Shown piece after piece: positions 55,017 through 64,000 of a stretch of 64,000 nucleotides of DNA; within the stretch, counting starts at the first letter, position 1, and each line of letters opens with the position of its first letter. This stretch comes from Carcharhinus longimanus. Lineage: Eukaryota. A model generated the notes under the pieces. That model was not told where the DNA came from. It made no database searches and worked only from the letters and a program-made list of their open reading frames with translations. The stretch lies in NCBI GenBank assembly GCA_030264375.1, contig JASCQW010000081.1, forward strand, positions 92,305,768 to 92,369,767, given 5' to 3'. Made by a program: the position numbers and the translations under genes.

Positions 55017-56017
55017 GAATCTCACATCCGCTGCGCTAATGTTTTTAGCGGGCGGGGAAAATCAGGCGTCGACAAATTTGCGGTGTTACGGTGAGTATCC
55101 GCGCAGGAAATCAGCAAGGAGGCAGGGTCAGCATTCAAATAGCATTTAGCATATTATTTAAATCATATTAAATGCTAGCATCTCCCACCCTGCAGGGATG
55201 TTTCACTCTAGTGAATTTACACTAGCTTCCCGCTGACCGGAAACAGGCGGGCAGACTTCGCTGAAGTGAAGAGGGGCAACCTGGCGCTCCAGGGGGTCGG
55301 GTGACAGGGAATGGTGTCCCCGGGGCATAGGTACCCTGGCAGTGCCATCCTTAACACTCTGGTGCAGTCCAATGGGTAAAATTTCAATGCCCAGCGGAAG
55401 GACACCAAGTATGGGACAGTGCCAAGGAGACTTTGCCTATTGGGGGAGAGGCTTAAGGAGTGGTGCCTATGCGGCTTAGGGAGCGGTGCCTATGGGGGTT
55501 CTCGCTGCCACTCTGCAGTCCTGATACATCGGGGAAGGAGATAGGCCAGGGATCGGGTCGCGCTGGCGTTGGNNNNNNNNNNNNNNNNNNNNNNNNNNNN
55601 NNNNNNNNNNNNNNNNNNNNNNNNNNNNNNNNNNNNNNNNNNNNNNNNNNNNNNNNNNNNNNNNNNNNNNNNGGGGGTTAGTATCCGCCTGCTGGGGGTC
55701 AGAACTTCGGGGAATGAGGAGCCTGGACTGTGGGGAAAAGGGTTGGGTCTGCAGGTGGGTTGGTTAAATGTCGAAGGTGAATGGGGGGGGTGGTAGTTGG
55801 AGAGAAGGGGGCAGGCCATGAATGGCGGGCCAATGATCAGATTGTGGTGGGAGGCGGGCGGGGTGCGGGACGGCAGAGATGGCTGCATTGCGGAGGCCGT
55901 GCAACTGGCCAGCAATCGATCAGGCCAGCAAAGAGGGAAATTGTCAGTGCCCCGTCCTCTGAAATCCAATGGTGTTCACCCTCCTGGCCTCTTCCGTGCA
56001 CAGAAAGTGGGAGATTC
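55017..56017. mobile_element. GC-rich non-autonomous DNA-transposon-like element spanning a gap
   Basis: Termini gaatctcaca / tgggagattc are imperfect inverted repeats; sharp GC contrast with the flanks. Confidence 0.45.
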
Positions 56018-56255
56018 TTGTCTGAACTCTCATTGATGAAACCACCGTGAATTACTTCGACGCGAATTCGACATTAGAAGGTTATTGGGAGTCACTTCCT
56101 ATAAATTAGAGCCTTAAGCGTTGCTTGTCAGAGAACAAAATTAGTAATGAATGGCAAGGGTGCTACACAAATCAAACCACATTGACGGATTGCTTATACT
56201 ACGAGTATAAAACTTTATATTTCAAAAATAAAGCATTTTCTGAATAAGCATTTAC

Positions 56256-56282
56256 CTTTGTCTTTTAAAATGAGAGCTTTGT
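56256..56282 (-). CDS. Micro-exon E2 (27 nt); DKALILKDK
   Basis: ttttttttgacAG|acaaagctctcattttaaaagacaaag|GTaaat. Confidence 0.8.
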
Positions 56283-56545
56283 CTGTCAAAAAAAAATCAG
56301 TTTATACAGCACATCAAAGAACATAATGCTGCATTTTGTGTTCACAGCTATATTTTGATGCAAATGTGATGAATAAACCGAATAGGTCAAATAATTGACC
56401 TGTGCTGTATCTTTGTGCTAAACTGTATAGTTGATCAGATAAACTAAGCACCTAAATTACTTTTGCGAGCATGTGGAATTTCTTATATTGCGTTCTCGTG
56501 CTCCTTTCATACATTAAAAAGAAGAATACTTTATTTCTTTTTCAC

Positions 56546-56581
56546 CTTTCTCAAAGAGCATTGATTCAACCCTGTTCATTC
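56546..56581 (-). CDS. Micro-exon E1 (36 nt, phase 1-1) of unnamed coiled-coil gene; xMNRVESMLFEK
   Basis: Minus strand ttctttgttttcAG|gaatgaacagggttgaatcaatgctctttgagaaag|GTgaaa; open in phase 1; hydrophobic residues at positions 2, 5 and 9 as in the other 36-nt exons. Confidence 0.75.
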
Positions 56582-57354
56582 CTGAAAACAAAGAACAGTT
56601 ACTACATTTGAACTGTACGTGAATTTTCTCAGCAAATTTATATAATACCAGTGATTTAGTTTACGGCATCTCCCTGAACAGAAATAAATAACCTCCTGAC
56701 GATGAAATTTTAAGGACCTTCAGTACGAATATGAAAAGTAATCTGCACAGCCTAAATGCTGTATTGGGTACAAAACGGAGATTAAAATGAATTTAGGAGA
56801 CAGTATTGCTTGCTTGCACTGTCAAAATACCTACATTTTAGATTCATTGAAAGGGGAGACATTTTGTCTTGTCTGGTGGTCCTGTAACATGGTTCCATGG
56901 TGTGAATCATGCAGTCAAAGGACTTTAAACTAGAGGAGCCAATTTGCCCTGCTGGTCCACCAGGAGTTAGACAAAATAATACTGTAAGTCAACTCTTGGT
57001 CCATGGTCTTGAGGTGCGAAGTGCATGAAAATTAATCCGATAGGTTCCGTAAATTCAAGTGCTCAAGCATTTTTTAAATGTTATGAAGTTATATTCATGC
57101 ATTACTCTTTCAGGCACAAGCTGCAGATATCCACTACTGTCTTGCCGCGGATAAAGGTCCCCTTAGCCTCTTACCCCTAGTCATCAGTCTATATGTCAAA
57201 GTTCTGTAGCCCTCATGAAAAAGGATAATAGTGCCTTCCTCTTCAAGCTATCGGAGCCACTTAGCGTTTTCTAAACATCAAAGAAACTTCTCCGCAGTTT
57301 GGTCTTCTCCAATGAAGGTACGTCCATTATTGTTAAAAAAGAGACATTACTTCA

Positions 57355-57628
57355 TTTAATTATTCGTCACAAGTAGACTTACATCAACGCCGCAATGAAG
57401 CTACTGCGAAAATTCCCTAGTTGCCACCCTCCAACACCTGTTGAGGTATACTGAAGGAGAATTTAGCATGGCCAATGCACCAAGCTAGCATATTTTTTGG
57501 ACTGTAGGGGGAAACCCACACAGACATGGGGAGAATGTACAGACTCCACACAGACAGTGCCCCAAGCCAGGAATTGAACCCGGGTCCCTGGCGCTGGGAA
57601 CTGGCAGTGCTGGCCGCTGTGCCACCGT
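57355..57628 (-). mobile_element. tRNA-derived SINE
   Basis: ccaggaattgaacccgggtccctggcgctgggaactggcagtgc; same family as 45876-45967. Confidence 0.85.
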
Positions 57629-59299
57629 GCGTCCCACTGTACAGGCTTGCACATTCGTTCATTTGCACAGGCGGAATATGTCCTAAGTTAAAGGGATAAG
57701 CAATATACTATTCATGACGAAGTGATGCTGATTCCTTGGGGAGCCTCTTCTAAATGTTCTATGTGTTACCATGGAGAGAGAAAAAAAGTGTTCCGCATGC
57801 TTTTATTTGATTAAAGCAAAACGCAATGCGTGGACCTGATCCTTTAGCCTGCAGAGCAGATGTCCCAGCCTATTAATATTTGCACGTTCTAGCAATCATA
57901 TGTGAGACACATTATGAGTCCGATTGATGACATTAAATGGGCTCTTAGTGCAATTCTCAGTTAGACAGTATGTTCTTAGTTTTGCAAACACGAGCTGGCT
58001 GGGTCGGTTCAGTATCGTACCTGTTCCCACCATAAGAAGAGAAATGGTATTTGATACGATCCAGCAGCATTGCAACGTATTATCCAGTTACCTGGCACTT
58101 CATTGGCACTGATTTTATTATTCCACGTTATTCCCTTAAGTCGGAGTTGATGGACTTTTTAAGTTGATGGAAGCATCATGTCCGCTTAAAATCATGCAGC
58201 ATTGCAGCCGCATGCATCGGCTTGTTTCGCATTATGCCTTAACCATACAGATGAATACGAGAGAAAATCCGTCCATCTTAGGTTTGAGCGCGTCAGCCTT
58301 AGCTCCAGTCGTGAGTTTGCCTGACCTACAGTGTGCAATGATCTGACTGGGTAGGCAAGATCCTATAGAATAACTTTCATGCTTGTGGTTTCATCCTGAC
58401 GTTTGCACCGTGTGACACTGTTTTTTATAGAAGCAATTTGTAGCACGTGAAACTACAGGAAATCCAACATCTATGTTGAGCAGTGAATGTCTATTTACTG
58501 GAGACAATAGTGGTGAACCCGTTAGGGGGTTTCTCAACTAATGATTCGAAGTATGAAAGCTCATTGTGGCACAAGCACAAACATGACAAACATATACATT
58601 GCATGACAAAAGGGTGTTGGGATAGTTAGTAAATCTACTCCGATTGTTACCGCCGTTGTCATAGTGAATAAACCAAGGGAGTATTATTCCACTTGCACCT
58701 GCTTAATTGAAAAATGTGATTTTCCAGTTGTAATGGAGTGTGTTAAGTTGTGTGAAGAAATTATTACCTCAACCTGACGGTTCAATTACAGCAAGCAAAA
58801 TATTTTAATGTAGGCAATATGAAAGATATAAGAAGAGTTGATAGTTTCAAAATCGCGAGTTTTGTGTTGATTATCATTTTATAGCTCGAATAAATATGTT
58901 TTAAGCATTTCCTGCTGATATTCATGGAAGACATTTCAATAAAAAATACTAATCCAGTAGTTTTGGAAACATTTTAATCACATTGGCCACCTATGTTGCT
59001 ACTTTAAGGGAACTGTGGACCTGCACGCACAGATACCTGTGTATATTACGGTTAAGGGTTCTTCTGATTGCAGCAGAATTCGTACCTAAACTTGATCCTC
59101 CAGAATGCACTACCGTGCATTGCTCCGATTACATTCCATCTGCTATTTCTGTGCCCAAGTCTCCAATCTATCTATATACTGGCGTATCCTCTGACAATCA
59201 ACTCCACCTTAGGGTCTGATAATTTGCGGGGACTATCGGATCCTAAGATAGAAAAAGGCATTGTCACTTTTAATATTAAGGGACTCCGGAAAAAAATAA

Positions 59300-59375
59300 T
59301 AAGAACATAAGAACATGAGAAATAGGAGCAGGAGTAGGCCATCTGGCCCTTCGAGCCTGCCCCGCCATTCAATAA
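59300..59375 (-). mobile_element. Young CR1 3' tail running into a gap
   Basis: Reverse complement of 3534-3605 (aagaacataagaac..ggagcaggagtaggccatctggcccttcgagcctgccccgcc). Confidence 0.85.
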
Positions 59376-59960
59376 NNNNNNNNNNNNNNNNNNNNNNNNN
59401 NNNNNNNNNNNNNNNNNNNNNNNNNNNNNNNNNNNNNNNNNNNNNNNNNNNNNNNNNNNNNNNNNNNNNNNNNNNTAAAATAAATGCTTTAAACAGTTCT
59501 ACAAAGAACAAAGTGCTTTAAACTTATTTTAAACAGGTTTTTAACAGGTAAATTCTTAGCTCTCTCTCTGCTCCTTCACTCGTCTGCTCAGGCAAACAAT
59601 GGAAGGCTTCAGAAGCATTAAAGCTGAATGTTCCAGTGAATAAAATCTGGCAGAAGCTTACTGCCTGGTTTTACAGGAGACGGCATTTTTTGATCCGAGA
59701 AGGGTGAGATAACCAGCAATGTCTGGTTATTATTTGGAAAAAAACCCTTCCAATTCAACGGCCACTGGGGGGAAAGATGGAACTGCTGCAAGCAACCCTC
59801 AGTCAGTACTGCGTGCAAGAGGAATGGCGGGTCAATTCGATTTCGCTAACTGGAGGAAGTGAATCATGGAGTTCCTATGCCTGGCGTTTTCAATACTTTG
59901 TACAACAGAATTAAATTGCTGATGGATTGCTCATGCCCCCTTCTCACGGTACAATAAGAA

Positions 59961-60193
59961 ATAAAACCAAAGAGAAAATGCTGGAAAATCTCAGCAGACC
60001 TGACAGCAGCTGTAAGGAGAGAAATGAGCTGAAGTTTTGAGCGCAAATGACCCTTTTTCAGCTTTGACAAAGGGTAATCTGGGCTCGAATGGTCAGGTCC
60101 TTTCTCTCGTTACAGATGCTGCCAGTCCTGCTGAGGTTTTACAGCATTTTCTCTTTTGGTTTCAGATTCCAGCATCCACGGCAATTTACGTTT
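59961..60193. mobile_element. Penelope-like inverted (tail-to-tail) pseudo-LTR insertion within the Gypsy gag
   Basis: About 200-bp imperfect palindrome at 59964-60162; flanked by direct repeat ATAAGAA at 59954-59960 and 60194-60200. Confidence 0.65.
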
Positions 60194-61249
60194 ATAAGAA
60201 CTAAAACAAGTTCTTGTTCTAGAACTTGGTTCCTTCAGCGAAGCCAGCAACCAAAAATTACCATGATTTGACAAAGATCCTTGAAGAGCATCACTCTTCA
60301 ATGCCATTGATAATTCTGGAACTGTTCTGTTTCCACGGAAAGTATCAAATGGAAAGCGAGTGCATTGCTCAGTTTGTGGCAAGGTTTAAAATGCTGACAC
60401 AACATTGTGAGTTCGTTGAGTCATTAGAAGGTTCACGTAGCGATCGTCTCGATAGGAGTGTCCAAAATGAGGTTATCTAAAACGAAAACTGCGGACGAAA
60501 CATGCTTTGACTTGAAATAAAACAATCGAAACCACAGGGCTGATGGAGCAGGCTGCTGAAGATGCTATAATTTTGGGTTTAGAGATGAAGATTCACAAGT
60601 TAGGAATTGTCTACGAAAGGTCAAAATACCAGAAATCATGCCACAAATGTGGCAAAATGGGCAGTACAGTTTGTAAATGCTGGGGCAATGATAGCAATTG
60701 TAAGAACTTTGCAAAAGAGCTTACATTGCAGAAGTATATTGAGCTAGACCAACTTTTCTTGTGAAGCGTAATCAGAAGGTAAATCTCTGTACCTTAAAGA
60801 AGAGGAACAAGTTGATTTCTACAAAAAGCTGTCTGCAACAAGGAAGAAACGACAGTGAAGAAGAGCAATGCCCAGAAACAAGCTGAAGAGTTCCAACTGT
60901 ACATCTTATTCTTGCAAGGTGAATCACATTGTCGTGGTTGGTTCAGAAGAAAAGTATAAAATCTATTAAGTTGGAGGTTGAAACTGATGTTGCTGTATGT
61001 TGAATTTCTGACACTACATATCAATACAAGCTTAAATACCTCAGTTAAAACCAGCTGGCGCCATTGTAAGGAAATATAGAGAAGTAATCGTACCATGGTC
61101 CACATAATTTTCAATAGGTAAACTCAGGAGTTGGCTCTCCATGTGGTCTGTGGTTATTTTCCATTTCTATTTGAAAGATCCCGGTTGGAAAACTGAAACA
61201 TTAACTGGAGAGGTTTCAACACTTTGGTCGATGCCAAAACAGACCTCCA

Positions 61250-61650
61250 CGTTGCAACTGTACAAAACTCTGATGTGGCCGCACTTGGAGTATTGTGCAC
61301 AGTTCTGGTCGCTGCATTATAAGAAGGATGTGGAGGCACTGGAAAGGGTGCAGAGGAGGTTTACCAGGATGTTGCCTGGTATGGTGGGAAGGTCTTATGA
61401 GGAAAGGCTGAGGGACNNNNNNNNNNNNNNNNNNNNNNNNNNNNNNNNNNNNNNNNNNNNNNNNNNNNNNNNNNNNNNNNNNNNNNNNNNNNNNNNNNNN
61501 NNNNNNNNNNNNNNNNAAATGGTCAGTGGATAGGCATATGGATAACATTGGAATAGTTTAGGTTAGATGGTCATTAGATTGGTTCCACTGGTCCGTGCAA
61601 CATCGAGGGCCGAAGGGCCTGTACTGCGCTGTAATGTTCTATGTTCTATG
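61250..61650 (+). mobile_element. CR1 3' fragment nested in the Gypsy pol, spanning a gap
   Basis: LQLYKTLMWPHLEYCAQFWS..ALERVQRRFTRMLPG; (ttctatg)n tail. Confidence 0.9.
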
Positions 61651-63570
61651 TACACCACTTTCTGGACAAAATTGAGTGTATTCAGAGATCACTTGTCTCA
61701 CTGAAAGGAGTTCTAGGGAAACTCAAAATAAAGTAGAGGTTTTTCAAGAAGTCTCAGAGCAAGTGTGGCTCTATTCGCAAAGTCTTCCCAAAATCGAAGA
61801 ATATTTAGTTGGGGTTGCTAATACTGCTGTGTTCCTGTCGGTTGTAAAGGGTAACTCGGTTACTCCCATCGTACCCATCATGAAACCAGACTGTGTGGTT
61901 TGTATTTATGGTTCTTTTGAAATGACCACTAATCTGGTGTTTTGTGTTGAACAGTATCCACTTCCATTAATTGAAATACTGTTTGCCGATTGCAAAGACG
62001 CTGACTGATCTTTTCTGCGCACTCTTATGATAGAATATCGGCAATCAGATCACCGTGCTGATTTGATGCATTCTTGCACTCACCTTTTCCCGATGAGCAT
62101 AAGCCACTAACTAGTTTTGCTGATATATCATATCTTACGCTTGTTGTCGTTTGACTGTGAAAGGTTCTCAAGTTCAGAAACACATCAGAAAAGATCTCGA
62201 GATGAGGAAGGTGATGGAAATGGTATTGAAAGAAACAAAATTTGCAATGCATCATACTCGTTCTGATTTTAAACATATGTGACATATACACCTGAGCTGA
62301 CCTTGCAATGTGCGTGTTATTGAAGGGAATTCGAGTGATTATTCCTCATAGTTTGTGTGAAACTGTCTTTGAACAACTACACACCCGTTATAGTGTATGT
62401 CAAGAAGTGCATCAAGTAGTCATTTTGGCGTCAGGTTCTGGATATTCAGATTAAAGGAAATGTCAGACAGTGTCAATCCTGTATACTAATAAGTAATACA
62501 CCACCATTGTCTTCTTTATAAAGTCTGGAAAGGCCTACAACGCCATGGCAAGATCGTACGTTGACTCTGTTGGCCTGTTTAAGCGTTACATGTACTTAGT
62601 CATGATTGATGCACACTGAAATTGACCTTTTTTTTGCCTTTTCATATAGGCAAACAGAAAATAGAACTAAAAACTTGACGACCGTTTTGCAAAATTTGGT
62701 TAATTGGAAAAAAAAGTTGATGATAATTGTTAAAAACGTTTCTTCATAAGAGAAACTAGCTCAATTTAAATGAGATTACAAATATAAGGTCGAATCCATA
62801 TAATCCATCAAGCAATAGATTCGCTGAAAGATTTGTACAATTCTTGAAACATTGTTAGAAAAGTTAAAGACCGCACGGTTTGCTATCACATGACGTGAAT
62901 AACCTTTTGATATCTTACTGCAGCATAACTCATGCAACAAATCAAATTTCACTCTGAATTATAATTTGAGAACCGTGTCTGATTTGTTATTAATTTCAGA
63001 AATACAGAGATAGGTGGGCGCCAATAAAGAAAATCTCACGTTGTTAGACGAGAAGTGAAAGCCAACAACACATACACGTGGCTTAATTGTGCCACGATTA
63101 AGAAGTGGATATCAACCACAATGTTTAGGAATAAAACGGACCTGATTTCTTAGCGGTTCAAACTAAAGACGAACTAGTTTGGTGACATCATGCTAACTGA
63201 GTGTTGTCACCTTGAAATTACTTCCCAGAATCATGCGCGGAAGTTTCAAATTCTTTAGCCTCCAGCGNNNNNNNNNNNNNNNNNNNNNNNNNNTTAATCT
63301 GAGTTGCATAATGTTTGTGCCTTTGCTACTTTACCACATTAGAATAATGCATAATCAGTTCCAAGACAAGACGCGTTCAGTGAAGTTGAAAATCACACTT
63401 CTAGGGTCAAAGGCAGCAACTTCCAGAATGTTGAAAAAGAATAGACGTCCTCCTGATCGACTTTCTTAATGATTGCATGTAATAATTAATTATGCATATT
63501 GTCCAGAATATTACTAATCCTATGTATATCGTGATAATAATTTGTTGACATGACCGCAGCAGGAAAGGAC

Positions 63571-63778
63571 TGTGATGGTATATACTTAATTAAAGAATTT
63601 GAAACTTCCCTTGATTGTTTTACCAGCTGACCACAAGATTTGATGATGATGTCATTAGCGTGAAGCATACTCTGTTATTTCAGTTTTGTTTTGTATTGTG
63701 TAAAAGGAACATCCCTTTCAATAAACCTGTTGTTTGCTACTTTGAATTTCCTCGAGATCTTTGCTTTTAACGCCAACA
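63571..63778 (+). mobile_element. Putative 3' LTR of the Gypsy element
   Basis: Purine tract gcaggaaagga just upstream, TG...CA ends, AATAAA at about 63720; no matching 5' LTR recognised. Confidence 0.35.
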
Positions 63779-64000
63779 ACGATGAACATAGTTAAGTCAT
63801 TACAATAGGTCATTTAACTTAATTCTCCAGTCCTTCGTCAAAACCAACAATGTGAATTAGAGGAAACTTCCTCAGAAGACGCATCTTTATACCCCCTGGA
63901 AATTTATTTACATATCCATTTTCAGGTGAAGAAATGCGTACAATTATTGTTGTCCATCTTCAGGCATAGTTGGACAATTACTGCAACGTCCCTTTGCTCC

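Larger units (their letters stand above)
59824..63470 (+). mobile_element. Decayed Gypsy (Mag-like) LTR retrotransposon gag-pol
   Basis: gag ESWSSYAWRFQYFV and KPATKNYHDLTKILEEH..QMESECIAQFVA..HCEF; degenerate knuckle CHKCGKMG; RT TPIVPIMKPD..YPLPLIEILFA; integrase PYNPSSNRFAERFVQ; terminal RRPPDRL. Confidence 0.9.

Noticed and set aside
1-64000. CRISPR array, operon or B30.2/Ig exon
   Set aside because: No repeat-spacer array or prokaryotic gene organisation; I recognised no LDPxTA or YWEV motif and no Ig cysteine motif

Overview
Eukaryotic genomic DNA, most likely a shark or other elasmobranch (inferred from the repeat families), with nine N-gaps. Most of the sequence is degraded mobile DNA: CR1-clade LINEs, tRNA-derived SINEs, a Rex/Babar LINE, a Gypsy (Mag-like) LTR element, a Penelope-like palindrome and MITE-like elements. 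It also holds a degenerate tRNA-Gly(TCC) copy. None of the supplied ORFs looks like a host gene. The main hidden structure is a minus-strand chain of at least 13 symmetric phase-1 micro-exons spread over about 46 kb (56581 down to 10581). They are mostly 36 nt or 27 nt long and alternate, and each is flanked by AG and GT. Spliced, they give a stop-free peptide with a 21-aa (three-heptad) coiled-coil period. This architecture resembles the heptad-exon cytoplasmic tails of butyrophilin and chicken BG genes, but no Ig, transmembrane or B30.2 exon was found in the window, so the gene identity is unresolved. Repeat boundaries are approximate and read by eye.
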